Assembly: GCA_963821585.1 (NCBI GenBank)
Contig: CAWGEI010000005.1
Span: forward strand, 782,627-846,626
Direction: 5' to 3'
DNA: 64,000 bases
Source of the DNA: an uncultured Acidobacteriota bacterium
Lineage (GTDB): Bacteria; Acidobacteriota; Thermoanaerobaculia; Gp7-AA8
The position numbers were made by a program, and so were the translations under genes. This document shows, in pieces, positions 8,966 to 19,845 of the stretch (position 1 is its first letter; each line of letters begins with the position of its first letter). The notes under the pieces were generated by a model. The model saw only the letters and a list, made by a program, of their open reading frames with translations. It was not told the origin of the DNA and ran no database searches.

Positions 8966-9164
8966 GCGCGCGAAGGCGCGCAGTCCAAATGTGGCCCCGG
9001 GCTTGTGCCCGGGGTTGACCGGTGCAGACGGTTTCGCGGGCGCGAAGGCGTCCGCTACAAACGTGCGCCTTGGAGCGGCCGCCTTCGCGGCCGCAATGCC
9101 CTGCGACCTCGCGTTCCCCGGGCACAAGCCCGGGGCCACAATTGGATTGCGCGCCTTCGCGCGC
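8966..9164. repeat. ~200-bp nested palindromic element (family C, copy 2)
   Basis: Same module order as 3870-4075 and 16122-16322 (gcgcgcgaaggcgcgc / ccccgggc-N-gcccgggg / gcggccgccttcgcggccgc / gcgcgccttcgcgcgc). Confidence 0.8.
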
Positions 9165-9219
9165 AGAGATGATTCGTGTGGCGCCAGCGACACCCGCGTG
9201 GCTCACCGCAAACGAATTC

Positions 9220-9247
9220 GAAAGCGGAGGCGCTGCCTCCGCACTCC
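9220..9247. repeat. gcggaggc hairpin repeat (family B)
   Basis: gaaagcggaggcgctgcctccgcactcc is identical to 525-552. It lies 3 nt beyond the polX stop on the minus strand. Confidence 0.8.
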
Positions 9248-9250
9248 ACA

Positions 9251-10897
9251 TCAGCGCCGGCGCTCCTTCAGGTACTCCGCCACCTCTTCCACGCCCTTCG
9301 TGTTGAAGATCTGCTTCGGCGACAGGCCGCCCTTGCGCGCGACCCACGTCCCGGTGATCACCGCGTTGTACTCGCTGACCGAGTGTGCGTCCGGGTGGAT
9401 GCTGAACATCACGCCCTTGTCCGCGGCCTTCCGCAGGTAGCGCCAGTCGACGTCGAGGCGGTTGGGGTTGCCGTTGATCTCGATCATCACGCCCCGCTCG
9501 GCGGCCTTGTCGAAGATGCGGTCGTAATCGATGCGGTAGCCCGCCCGGGACAGCAGCTTGCGCCCGGTGAGGTGGCCGAGGAAGGTGACGGTGGGGTCGT
9601 CCAGCGCGCGGAGGATGCGCTCGGTCATCTGGTCGAGGTCCATCTGGAACTGGGAGTGGACCGAGGCGACGACGAAGTCGAATTTGGCGAGGATCTTCGG
9701 GCCGTAGTCCATCGTCCCGTCGGGGAGGATGTCCGCTTCCGTGCCGCGGAAGACGTGCATCGGTTTCACGTCCTTCTCGTGCAGCGCGATGTCCGCCTGC
9801 TGCAACTTCAGCTTCTCCTCGGTCAGCCCGCCGGCGTAATACGCGACCTTGGAGTGATCAGAGATCCCGACGTACTCCCAGCCGCGCTGCGCGGCCGCGG
9901 AGAGCATCTCCTGCACGGTGTTGCGGCCGTCGGAGAACGTCGTGTGGACGTGGAACGTCCCGCGGAGCTGGTCGAGCTCGACGAGCTTCGTCCGCTTCCT
10001 GACCTTCAGATCTTCGGCGGTCTCGCGCCGCTCCGGCTCGACGAACGGGATGTCCGCCTTCTTGAACGCGTCTGCCTCGCTCGCGGCTTTGGCGATCTTG
10101 CCGAATCCCTCGACGAACTCCGCACTGCCCGTCGTGCGCAGCAGGGTCGAGCCGAATTCAGCCGGCGGGGTGAGGTGGAAGAAGATGTCGAGCTCGTCGC
10201 GGATCGTGCCCTTGTACGTCTGCGCGTCGACCTCGGAGAGCCCTGAGACCAAGCCCGCGAGCTTCCCGGCGACGACCGCGGGCTTCTTTGTGGAGACGAC
10301 GATGTTCACGTTGCGGATCACCTCGAGCCGCCGCCGCACGCTCCCCGACACCTCGGCGTCCTCGACTTCGTCGAAGTCCGCGAGCCGCTCGCGCAGGAGC
10401 TCGCCGGCCTCGAGCCCGATCGGCAGGAGGAACTGCGACTCGCGCATGCGCGCGAACTCGATGCCGGCGAGGATGACCTCCGCGGTCTTCGCGCCGAAGC
10501 CTTTCAGCTTCGCGAGCCGGCCGTCCTTCGCCGCGGCTTCCAACTCGTCTAACGACCCGACGCCGAGCTCGGCGTGCAGCTGGCCGATCTTCTTGATGCC
10601 GAGCTTCGGCACGCGCAGGAGCTCGAAGATGCCGGGCGGATACTGGCCGCGCAGCTCGGCGAGGTAGCGCGACTCGCCGGTCTGGACGATCTCCTCGATC
10701 ACCTGAGCGGTGGCCTTGCCGATGCCGGAGACGCTGGTGAGCGTCCCCGCCCCGGCCAGGGCGGCGATGTCCTCGTCGAGATTCTCGACGGCGCGCGCGG
10801 CCTTTTCGAACGCGCGGGCGCGGAAGGGTTGCGGGTCACTGAGCTCGATGTAGCGCGAGATCTCGTCGAGCGTGCGGGCGATTTCGAACTTGTCCAT
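9251..10897 (-). CDS. polX: DNA polymerase/3'-5' exonuclease PolX (family X polymerase plus PHP domain)
   Basis: MDKFEIARTLDEISRYIEL..FRARAFEKAARAV helix-hairpin-helix N-terminus. PHP motifs GTFHVHTTFSDGRNT, ISDHS, HPDAHS. The upstream ORF extension to 11218 is not coding. Confidence 0.9.
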   Translation of the reverse strand: MDKFEIARTLDEISRYIELSDPQPFRARAFEKAARAVENLDEDIAALAGAGTLTSVSGIGKATAQVIEEIVQTGESRYLAELRGQYPPGIFELLRVPKLGIKKIGQLHAELGVGSLDELEAAAKDGRLAKLKGFGAKTAEVILAGIEFARMRESQFLLPIGLEAGELLRERLADFDEVEDAEVSGSVRRRLEVIRNVNIVVSTKKPAVVAGKLAGLVSGLSEVDAQTYKGTIRDELDIFFHLTPPAEFGSTLLRTTGSAEFVEGFGKIAKAASEADAFKKADIPFVEPERRETAEDLKVRKRTKLVELDQLRGTFHVHTTFSDGRNTVQEMLSAAAQRGWEYVGISDHSKVAYYAGGLTEEKLKLQQADIALHEKDVKPMHVFRGTEADILPDGTMDYGPKILAKFDFVVASVHSQFQMDLDQMTERILRALDDPTVTFLGHLTGRKLLSRAGYRIDYDRIFDKAAERGVMIEINGNPNRLDVDWRYLRKAADKGVMFSIHPDAHSVSEYNAVITGTWVARKGGLSPKQIFNTKGVEEVAEYLKERRR

Positions 10898-10909
10898 ACT
10901 GTCGGCCGC

Positions 10910-11593
10910 ATGATGCAACCTCACGACCGTCTTGTGGTAGCTCTCGATGTGTCCGCGCGCGACGAGATCCTCCGGCTGGTCGACTCGCTGCAGGGGGCGG
11001 TGGGGGTGTTCAAGATCGGCCTGCAGGCCTTCATCGCCAACGGGCCGGCGATCGTCCGGGACGTGGCCGGGCGCGGGGAGAAGGTGTTTCTCGACCTGAA
11101 GATCCACGACATCCCGAACACCGCGAAGCACGCGGTGGCGGAAGCCGCCTCCCTCGGCGCGTCGATCGCGACGGTCCACGCGGCGGGCGGCGAGGCCATG
11201 CTCCGGGCCTGCAATCACGACGCGCTCCTGGTCCTCGGCGTCACGGTGCTGACCAGCCTGAGTGAGGCGGACCTGCTGCAGATCGGCTTCGGCGGCAGCG
11301 CGATCGACAACGTCGTCCGCCTCGCGCGTCTCGCGCAGAGCAGCGGCTTGCGCGGGGTCGTGGCGTCGCCCTTGGAGATCGAGCCGATCCGCGAGGCGTG
11401 CGGCGGCGACTTCGTCATCCTGACGCCGGGCATCCGCCCGAAAGGCTCCGACGCGGGCGACCAGCAGCGGGTGATGACGCCGGGCGAAGCCGTGCGCGCG
11501 GGCGCCACCTACATCGTCGTGGGACGGCCCATCACGAGTGCGGCCGACCCGAGGTCGGCCGCACAGAGGATCGCTGAGGAAATGGCTATCTGA
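10910..11593 (+). CDS. pyrF: Orotidine 5'-phosphate decarboxylase
   Basis: LVVALDV, FKIGLQAF, FLDLKIHDIPNT, LTPGIRP and IVVGRPI motifs. Confidence 0.9.
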   Translation: MMQPHDRLVVALDVSARDEILRLVDSLQGAVGVFKIGLQAFIANGPAIVRDVAGRGEKVFLDLKIHDIPNTAKHAVAEAASLGASIATVHAAGGEAMLRACNHDALLVLGVTVLTSLSEADLLQIGFGGSAIDNVVRLARLAQSSGLRGVVASPLEIEPIREACGGDFVILTPGIRPKGSDAGDQQRVMTPGEAVRAGATYIVVGRPITSAADPRSAAQRIAEEMAI

Positions 11594-13073
11594 CCGCGCG
11601 GCGCCGCGGATTCGTGCAGTTCGAGCCCGGGCCTTCGAAGAAGATCCGCTTGTTCGCGAACTGGCGGCGGCGTCCGAGATTGTCGGTGGCGATGGCGCGG
11701 AGCTGGTGCTCGCCGCGGGCGACGGTGTCGAGATTCACGCCCACGCGCCACGGAGTCACCGGCGTCCGCGACGACACCTCGTGGCGCAGGACCCCGCCGA
11801 GGGTTGCGCGTCCCAGAGGGGTGTTGTCGAGGAACAGCTCCACGATGTCGACGCGCTGCACGCCCGTCACCCAGCCGCGGAGCTCCGAGCCGTTGCAGGT
11901 CAGGTGGTGCGGTCCATCGAGCTCGATGCGTCCCGTGAGCTGTCCGCACGCGCCGTAGCTCTGCAGCCCGGTCTCTTCGCCGATCACGTAGACGAACGGT
12001 CCGACCGCGATGGGGTTGTGCTTGACCTCGTCCTCCTGCACCAGCGTGACGTCTTCATAGATGCGCTCGGCCGAGCCTTCGAACTGGATGACGCTGAGGT
12101 CGAACACGTCGAATGCGACCGTGCGCGCGGAGTGGAGCGTCATCGGATCCACTTCCTCGACCAGCGTGATCAGGCGCGCGTTGACCTCATCCCAGTGCGC
12201 GTTGCGGTTGAAGCGGATGGGATTCCCGAGATCGATGGCCACGTACTCCGGCAGCGTGAGCAGCGCGGTGCGCACGAAGAACGGCGTCATGCCCGGACGG
12301 ACCAGGAAGGTGTTGATGTGCGAGTCCGTGCCGATGCCGACGAGGTTGCCGTTCGTGACCAGCCACTGGCCCGGGAAGGCGACGAAGGACGTGCGCACGG
12401 GCGATGCCGGGTTGGTGATGTCGATCGCGACGAGCCCTTCTTCGGTCGCGGCGAGGAGGTAGCCCTGGTTGAAGGCGATGTCGTTCAGGCCGCGGTACTC
12501 GGAGCGCGACTTCGACTGCACGACGCCGATGATGGCCGGCGCGGTGCGGTTCGTCACGTCGAGGATCTCGATCTGATTGACGCACAGCGGAGTCGTCGGA
12601 CCCAGCGGATAGCAGGGGAGGTCGGTGGAGGGATAGAGGCCGGCGAGGCGGTTGCCGCTGACGGTCAGGCGGCGGTAGTGGACACCGGGGGTGAGGGAGC
12701 GGCGCACGGGAGCGGCGCCGGTGTTCAGTTGCCAGATCTCCAGACCGGCTTCGCTGCTGACGTAGAGGAAGCCGTCGCCGTACGTCACGCCGCCCTCGGT
12801 CTCACGCGCGCCCAGGGTGTCGAGGAAGTCCTCGCGGGTGACCGAGAGATTGCCGGTGTCGTTCGCGGTGTAGGTGGTGAGGATCTGTCCGCGCAGCGCG
12901 TAGACGGTGTTCCCGTTGCGGAACACGCCGTGCGGCGAGAGGTCGAAGTCCGTGAGCGCCGGCGTGGAGTCGACCAGCGACAGCGGGCAATCTCCCTGAA
13001 CGTGATCGGCGGATACGACCGAAGCGGAGAGTAGAACGACCAGAACGAGAGCGACCCTGGACCAACCGCGCAT
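11586..13073 (-). CDS. Secreted beta-propeller-like protein (LVIVD-like repeats) with C-terminal Ig-like region
   Basis: Signal peptide MRGWSRVALVLVVLLSASVVSA. Repeated G-x-L-x-I-x-D/N-type strands (GLEIWQL, QIEILDVTN, GLVAIDITNP). ATG at 13073. Confidence 0.55.
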   Translation of the reverse strand: MRGWSRVALVLVVLLSASVVSADHVQGDCPLSLVDSTPALTDFDLSPHGVFRNGNTVYALRGQILTTYTANDTGNLSVTREDFLDTLGARETEGGVTYGDGFLYVSSEAGLEIWQLNTGAAPVRRSLTPGVHYRRLTVSGNRLAGLYPSTDLPCYPLGPTTPLCVNQIEILDVTNRTAPAIIGVVQSKSRSEYRGLNDIAFNQGYLLAATEEGLVAIDITNPASPVRTSFVAFPGQWLVTNGNLVGIGTDSHINTFLVRPGMTPFFVRTALLTLPEYVAIDLGNPIRFNRNAHWDEVNARLITLVEEVDPMTLHSARTVAFDVFDLSVIQFEGSAERIYEDVTLVQEDEVKHNPIAVGPFVYVIGEETGLQSYGACGQLTGRIELDGPHHLTCNGSELRGWVTGVQRVDIVELFLDNTPLGRATLGGVLRHEVSSRTPVTPWRVGVNLDTVARGEHQLRAIATDNLGRRRQFANKRIFFEGPGSNCTNPRRRAVR

Positions 13074-13288
13074 ACTAGCCTCCCAAAAGCACACCCATGA
13101 CGCCCCGGCATCCGGCGCGAAGCGTCTCACGATATGCGGATTCCCGCGCGGTTCGGACAGCGCGGCCCCCGCTCCAAAGAGCCGAAACGAGTTCGTCTGG
13201 CGGTAAGTGTGTCGCAAAGCAGGGGTTCGATGCAACAGCCGCGGGACTTTGCGGTGACGAAATGTCGTTTATCATGAGTTGAATTCTT

Positions 13289-13873
13289 ATGCTCGACGGT
13301 CATGTGCTGGTTCTGAATCGCTTGTTTCAGGCCGTGCAGATCACGTCGGTGCGACGGGCGCTGACGCTTCTGTACAAGGGACAGGTGCGCGCCGTCGACA
13401 GCGAGTACCGCACCTACGACTTCGAGAACTGGATGGACATCCCGGTCCAGCCGGACGACCACTACGTCACCACGCCGAGCCGGAACATCCTCATTCCGCA
13501 CGTGGTGCAGCTCCTGGTCTTCGACCGTCTCCCCCGGCAGGAAGTGAAGTTCTCGCGCGGGAACATCTATCTTCGCGACCAGAACCGCTGCCAGTACTGC
13601 GGGAAGAAGTTCCAGTCCTCGGAGCTCTCTCTCGACCACGTGATTCCAATCTCGCGGGGCGGGAAGTCGACCTGGGAGAACGTCGTCTGCGCCTGCCTGC
13701 CGTGCAACGTGCGGAAGGGCAATAAGCTCCTCGCGGAGAGCGACATGAGGCTCCGCCGGATGCCCGCGCGCCCGAAGTGGCACCCGCTCCACCGCCTGCA
13801 GGGAAGAACCTACCCGGAGATCTGGAAAAACTTCCTCGACGAGGCGTATTGGAACGTGGAACTGCGGTCTTAG
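13289..13873 (+). CDS. HNH endonuclease family protein
   Basis: CQYCG...LSLDHVIPISRGGKSTWENVVCACLPCNVRKGN is a classic HNH/zinc-finger core. Confidence 0.85.
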   Translation: MLDGHVLVLNRLFQAVQITSVRRALTLLYKGQVRAVDSEYRTYDFENWMDIPVQPDDHYVTTPSRNILIPHVVQLLVFDRLPRQEVKFSRGNIYLRDQNRCQYCGKKFQSSELSLDHVIPISRGGKSTWENVVCACLPCNVRKGNKLLAESDMRLRRMPARPKWHPLHRLQGRTYPEIWKNFLDEAYWNVELRS

Positions 13874-13921
13874 AGGGCAGGTCAACCAAACAGGACCGCT
13901 TCTTGCTATCTCCCTGTTTCG

Positions 13922-14212
13922 ATGACGTTAGTTAACTCTCTCTGCGCGGAAATCAGTGTGTTTCAGGGTGTCGGGGAGTCGACGGGTGTGTACGTCGAAC
14001 GGAGCGCGATCCGGGGCAAGAAGGGTCTGTGCAAATCGATGCGCGACCTGGCCATCAAGTCCCGCGTGCTCGGCGACGGCTACTACTACATCCCGGTCGA
14101 TCTCTGGCCCAAAGCGAAAGAACCGGTGGTCGTCCACAAGCACGACTGGACGGTGATCAGTTCCATCCCCCGCACGACGCGCGTCCCGAAGAAAAGCGTC
14201 GCGGCGAAGTAA
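13922..14212 (+). CDS. Small hypothetical protein
   Basis: ORF only. Somewhat lower GC than neighbours. No family recognised. Alternative start at ~14038. Confidence 0.3.
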   Translation: MTLVNSLCAEISVFQGVGESTGVYVERSAIRGKKGLCKSMRDLAIKSRVLGDGYYYIPVDLWPKAKEPVVVHKHDWTVISSIPRTTRVPKKSVAAK

Positions 14213-14294
14213 CTCAGCCGTGGCATGGCCGGTGCAGTCTGGCCGCTTCGAGACTGTTCTCGATGACGTTCTCGATGACAAGGGGAGCCACACC

Positions 14295-15455
14295 ATGAGG
14301 AACCTACTCATTGCCCTGATGGTCGCCACGATGGCGACATCTGCTTACGCTCAAAATGCCGAGGAAAACGGCCCCGTCGCCGCCTCGGTGGCGAATCAAC
14401 CCAAGGGCTACACCGCGGCCCTGGTGCTGGAGCCTTCGACCGGCCGCGTGCTCTTCGAAGACAACGCGGACAAAGCGCTTCCCACGGCTTCCATGGCCAA
14501 GATGATGACACTGCTCATCACCATGGACGAGATCCGGCAGGGGAACCTGCAGTACGACACGCCGGTCACGATCTCGGCGCGCGCGAGCAAGATGGGCGGG
14601 TCGCAGATCTACCTGCGCGCCGCGTCGGTCTGGCCGGTGAAGAACCTGCTCATCGCGACGATGGTCCACTCGGCGAACGACGCGGCCATGGCCCTCGCCG
14701 AGAAGATCGCCGGCTCCGGCGAATCGTTCGCGGACCTGATGAATGCGAAGGCCGAGGAACTGGGGCTGAAGAACAGCCACTTCTATGATCCGCACGGGCT
14801 GCCGCCGTCGGATCCGTCCATGAACAACGTCATGAGCGCGCGCGACCTGGCGAAGCTCGGACAGGAGCTGATGAAGCACCCGTTCATGCGCCAGCTCGCG
14901 GTCATTCCGGAGATGGAGTTCCGCAACGGGACGCTCGCGCGCATCTACAACCCGAACCGCCTGCTGCGCTTCTATGAAGGCGCGACCGGCATCAAGACCG
15001 GCTACTCCGGTCCGGCCGGTTTCTCCATCACCGCCTCGGCCAAGCGCAACAACATGGAGCTGGTCTGCGTGGTGATGGGCGCGAAGACGTCGCGCGGGCC
15101 GGAGAGCTCGTTCGAGATCGCCGCGCGCCTGATGAACAAGGCCTTCCTGCAGTACAAGATGGTCACGCCGGTGAAGCAGGGAGCGGTCGTCGCGCAGGCC
15201 TCGGTCAACGACGGCCGCTCGAAGTCCGTCCCGGTGATGGCGCCGAACGACGTGAGGGCGCTGGTGAAGCGCGGCGAGGAAAAGGGCGTCAGCGTGAAGT
15301 TCAACGGCGGCGCCGTGGCCGCGCCGATCAAGAAGGGCCAGCGCATCGGGACGATCGTCGTGCAGCGCGGCACCGAGACCCTGGCGACCATGCCCGCCGT
15401 CGCGGCGCAGGACGTGGCGAAGCAGGCCTGGTGGAAAGCGCTGCTGCCGTTCTAA
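14295..15455 (+). CDS. D-alanyl-D-alanine carboxypeptidase (peptidase S11, PBP5/6-like)
   Basis: aggggag SD upstream of ATG 14295. Signal peptide. SxxK motif (PTASMAKMMT), SAN (HSANDAA), KTG (IKTGYS). Confidence 0.9.
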   Translation: MRNLLIALMVATMATSAYAQNAEENGPVAASVANQPKGYTAALVLEPSTGRVLFEDNADKALPTASMAKMMTLLITMDEIRQGNLQYDTPVTISARASKMGGSQIYLRAASVWPVKNLLIATMVHSANDAAMALAEKIAGSGESFADLMNAKAEELGLKNSHFYDPHGLPPSDPSMNNVMSARDLAKLGQELMKHPFMRQLAVIPEMEFRNGTLARIYNPNRLLRFYEGATGIKTGYSGPAGFSITASAKRNNMELVCVVMGAKTSRGPESSFEIAARLMNKAFLQYKMVTPVKQGAVVAQASVNDGRSKSVPVMAPNDVRALVKRGEEKGVSVKFNGGAVAAPIKKGQRIGTIVVQRGTETLATMPAVAAQDVAKQAWWKALLPF

Positions 15456-15463
15456 CCCGTCAC

Positions 15464-16075
15464 TCAGGATAACAGCGGAGCGAAAACAACTCTTCGACCG
15501 GCGACGCGCCACGGGCGCGTCGCCATTTTTTTGAGCGCTTCCACGTAGGCTTGGTGCTCCTCGACGAGAATGCGGGCGGCCAGCGTCTCGCCGGTGTCGT
15601 CGTCGCGCACTTCGACGACGCGCTGCCCGAGGATCGGACCCGCGTCGAGCTGCTCGTCGACGAGATGCACCGTACACCCCGAGACCCTCACGCCGTACGC
15701 GACCGCCTGCGCCTGGGCGTCGACGCCGGGGAACGCCGGCAGCAGCGACGGGTGGATGTTCACGATCCGGTTACGCCAGCGCTCGATGAACGGCGCGCCG
15801 AGGAGGCGCATGTAGCCCGCGAGAGCAATGACGTCGGGCCGCGCCTCCTCGAGCACGCGCAGCACGGATTCCTCGTGCGCCGCGCGGTTCGCGAAGGCCT
15901 TGTGATCGAGCACGTGCGCGGCGTACCCGACATCCCGCGCACGCTGGATGCCCGCGGCGTCGGGACGATTGGAGATCACACAGACGATCTCCGCGGGCAA
16001 CTCTCCGCGCTGAATGGCCTCATGGATCGACTGAAAGTTCGAGCCGCGGCCGGAGAGAAGGACTGCTAGTCGCAT
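15464..16075 (-). CDS. purN: Phosphoribosylglycinamide formyltransferase
   Basis: MRLAVLLSGRGSNFQSI, IALAGYMRLL, IVNIHPSLLPAFPG, SGCTVHLVDEQLDAGPIL. Confidence 0.9.
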   Translation of the reverse strand: MRLAVLLSGRGSNFQSIHEAIQRGELPAEIVCVISNRPDAAGIQRARDVGYAAHVLDHKAFANRAAHEESVLRVLEEARPDVIALAGYMRLLGAPFIERWRNRIVNIHPSLLPAFPGVDAQAQAVAYGVRVSGCTVHLVDEQLDAGPILGQRVVEVRDDDTGETLAARILVEEHQAYVEALKKMATRPWRVAGRRVVFAPLLS

Positions 16076-16077
16076 TT

Positions 16078-16372
16078 AAGTCCTGAGTGCTGAGTCCTGA
16101 GTCACGCCCGCCCCTGCTGCGTTGCGCGCGAAGGCGCGCTGTCCAATCTAGCCCCGGGCTTATGCCCGGGGTCAGCGAGGTTGTGTTTTCGACGCGGCCG
16201 CGAAGGCGGCCGCTCCAATACCCTGCCTGTAGCGGCCGCCTTCGCGGCCGCATCCCTCTGCCACACCGCGTTCCCCGGGCATGAGCCCGGGGCCACAATT
16301 GGACAGCGCGCCTTCGCGCGCAACCCTGTGGGTGGGTGTGACTCAGCACTCAGGACTCAGCACTCAGCACTG
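16078..16372. repeat. ~295-bp giant nested palindrome (family C copy 3 flanked by inverted family D arms)
   Basis: cctgagtgctgagtcctgagtcac...[C element 16122-16322]...gtgactcagcactcaggactcagcactcag occupies essentially the whole purM-purN spacer. Confidence 0.85.
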
Positions 16373-16375
16373 TTT

Positions 16376-17431
<1,056 letters not shown>

Positions 17432-17442
17432 CCCAGAAGTCT

Positions 17443-17554
17443 ATCCTGAGCGAGCGAAGCGAGTCGAAGGATCAACTTAGCACCTGCGCGGCGCTGGCCT
17501 CATGCACCGTGAGTGCGAACTTGACCCTTCGACTCGCTTCGCTCGCTCAGGGTA
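17443..17554. repeat. Inverted-repeat element, cctgagcg/cgaagg family (family E, copy 1)
   Basis: atcctgagcgagcgaagcgagtcgaaggatc ... gacccttcgactcgcttcgctcgctcagggt, with a ~50-nt centre. Confidence 0.8.
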
Positions 17555-17564
17555 ACCTTGGGCC

Positions 17565-18020
17565 ATGGCCCAAGCGCTCCTCATCTCCACCCTGCTCACG
17601 ATCGCGGGCCTCATCGCCACGATCGTCGTCGGCTTCAAAGCCACCCCCGCGCATGCCGCGGACCACATCATCATGGCCATCGTCACCGTGGTGATCGGCC
17701 TCTTCTCGCAGTCCATGACCATGTTCTTCTTTATCGGTACGGGCAAGGAGCTGAAGGACGCGTCGGATCAGGACGCCGGCGTCGTGCAGAGCACGAAGGC
17801 GTTCAAGAACCGGGTGTTCCCCGCGGCCATGTGGGCCATGGCGGCCATCATGGTCACGTTCATCATGGGCGGCGGCGTGGGGCAGGGACGGACGCCGATC
17901 TGGCTCCACGACGCGCTCGCGGCGCTGTCGATCTTTCTCTACGCGCGGGCTTACGTCATCGACATCCGGGCGATGAACGAGAACGCTACTTTGATGGAGA
18001 AGTACCTGCGCGAGGAATGA
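17565..18020 (+). CDS. Integral membrane protein, unknown function
   Basis: Four hydrophobic helices (LLISTLLTIAGLIATIVVGF, IIMAIVTVVIGLFSQSMTMFFFI, AAMWAMAAIMVTFIMGG, ALAALSIFLYA). Confidence 0.5.
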   Translation: MAQALLISTLLTIAGLIATIVVGFKATPAHAADHIIMAIVTVVIGLFSQSMTMFFFIGTGKELKDASDQDAGVVQSTKAFKNRVFPAAMWAMAAIMVTFIMGGGVGQGRTPIWLHDALAALSIFLYARAYVIDIRAMNENATLMEKYLREE

Positions 18021-19845
18021 CGCCGATCGCGCCCAGGGCGTCGAGGTACTGGGTCACGTCCTCGAGAGGTACGGGCGCGTGGATCGCGGAGAGCATGTCC
18101 CGGATCTCCGCGTCGGTGCGCGTGCCGTCCCACAGGTTCAGCGCCTCGTAATGGGAGTCCGGGTCGAGGCGGATGGCCGGGCCGGTGTAGTGATCGGCGA
18201 AGTAGTCGTAGCCGAACGCGCTCATCGTTCCCTTCACCTTCCGCGCGGACGTGATGTGCTCGCCGCGGAAGAAGCGGTCGACCGAGGCGCGCATCCCGCG
18301 CTCGTACCACTCGGAGAACGGGAGCGTCCCGCGGCGCATCGCCCGTGCGCGGCGCTCCAGCGCGAACGGCTCCATCATCTTCTGCAGCGCGGGAGCGTCG
18401 TCCGTGGTGATCGTCGCGAGCGCGTAGCCGCTCGCGGCCGCGATGAACGCGGCGCGGCCGAGCTTCGTCGAGTCGATGTTCGCCGGGACGTCGAGGTTCG
18501 TATGGATGTAGCGGTCCGGCCAGTCATTCAGGTAGATGGCCGGGATGCCGAACGAGCTGTCGCTGTAGACCTGATGATCGCTGCCCCCGGAGAACGGCGC
18601 GAGCTCCGCGCGCAGCGGATCCTTGCTGCCGTCGCTCGCGATCAGCGGGAACGGAGCGGTCCCCGTCTTCGCGAACGCTGCCGTCTGTTCGTTGACGAAC
18701 ATGGCGACGGAATCCGCGAGGTCGTACACGAACGACGGCTGCGACGCCGGCCCGCGCGTCACGTGGAAGATCGCCTTTGTCTCCGGGCCGCCGCCGACCA
18801 TGTCCAGGTGGACGGCCGCGCGGATGTTCTTCGCGAGCTGCGGGCGTCCGTTCAGCAGTGCGAGCGTCCCTTCCACCTCCGGTGGCCAGACGAAGCGGAT
18901 CGTCCGCCGCGGCGGCGCGAGGCGCTTCTCCGCGATGAGCTTCGAGAGCATCCGCGCCGCTTCCAGGATCGACGCGCAGCCGCTGGCGTTGTCGTTCGCG
19001 CCCGGCCGCGGGTGGTCGAGGTGACAGCTGAACACGATCTCGCCCGGCTCGCTGCCGGGGATCGTCGCCGTGGCGATGTTGTAGTCGGCGTTCTCCTGCC
19101 CGGCGACGACTTTCGCGTGCAGGCGGATCGTCGCGGCGGAGCCCAGCCGCTGCTGCAGCCCGCGGGCGGTCTTGAGCGAGACCATGAACGCGAACGTCTT
19201 GTCCGCGGAGAACGTCTCCAGATGCCCCCAGCGCACGAGATTGTCGTTCTCGCCGTACCACGCCGTGCGCTGGTTCTGCGCGTAGCTGACGATCCCCACC
19301 GCGCCGCGCGACAACGCCTTCGCGGCCACCGGCCCCGGCTGCGCCGACGCGAGCACGACCTTTCCGCGCACGTCCTTGTTCGTGTAATCCGCATCCGCCG
19401 AGCCCGCCCCGACGTCAATTAACTCCGCCGTCACGTCCGCGGACACGCTGTCCTGCGCGAGAGAGATCGGCGAAGCCTCCCAGCTCGCGATCCGCATCCC
19501 GTGCGCGCCGTTCCCGTCGAGCTCCCACAGCTCCGCGAACTCCGCGTTCCACGCCGGCCGCGAGCGCTGCGTGCCGTAGAAGATCTTCCCGTCCGTCGGG
19601 AACGACTCGACGTGCGCGTCCGCGTAGCCGTAGCGCTTCAGCTCCGCGATCACGAGGTCCGTCGCATTGCGAAACCCGCGCGAGCCGCGCATGCGGTGCT
19701 GCCGCGCCAACCCTTCCAGATTGCGCTTCGCGGTCTCGCCCGAGACCTCGCTCGCCAGCGCGGCGAGCTCTTTGTCGGAGAGAAAAGGCAGTGTATCGCC
19801 GGCCAGCGGGAGTGTGACCAGCAGGAGCAGTGCAAGCTTACGCAC
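17986..19845 (-). CDS. M28-family metallopeptidase with PA domain
   Basis: Signal peptide MRKLALLLLVTLPLAG. HLDHPRPGANDNASGCASILEAAR zinc-ligand region. HLDMVGGG. GGSDHQVY. Confidence 0.85.
   Translation of the reverse strand: MRKLALLLLVTLPLAGDTLPFLSDKELAALASEVSGETAKRNLEGLARQHRMRGSRGFRNATDLVIAELKRYGYADAHVESFPTDGKIFYGTQRSRPAWNAEFAELWELDGNGAHGMRIASWEASPISLAQDSVSADVTAELIDVGAGSADADYTNKDVRGKVVLASAQPGPVAAKALSRGAVGIVSYAQNQRTAWYGENDNLVRWGHLETFSADKTFAFMVSLKTARGLQQRLGSAATIRLHAKVVAGQENADYNIATATIPGSEPGEIVFSCHLDHPRPGANDNASGCASILEAARMLSKLIAEKRLAPPRRTIRFVWPPEVEGTLALLNGRPQLAKNIRAAVHLDMVGGGPETKAIFHVTRGPASQPSFVYDLADSVAMFVNEQTAAFAKTGTAPFPLIASDGSKDPLRAELAPFSGGSDHQVYSDSSFGIPAIYLNDWPDRYIHTNLDVPANIDSTKLGRAAFIAAASGYALATITTDDAPALQKMMEPFALERRARAMRRGTLPFSEWYERGMRASVDRFFRGEHITSARKVKGTMSAFGYDYFADHYTGPAIRLDPDSHYEALNLWDGTRTDAEIRDMLSAIHAPVPLEDVTQYLDALGAIGVIPRAGTSPSK

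Noticed and set aside
9251-11218. The 655-aa ORF suggesting a much longer PolX.
   Set aside because: The PolX family N-terminus (MDKFEIARTLDEI...) starts at 10897. The upstream extension is antisense to pyrF and has no polymerase-like sequence.
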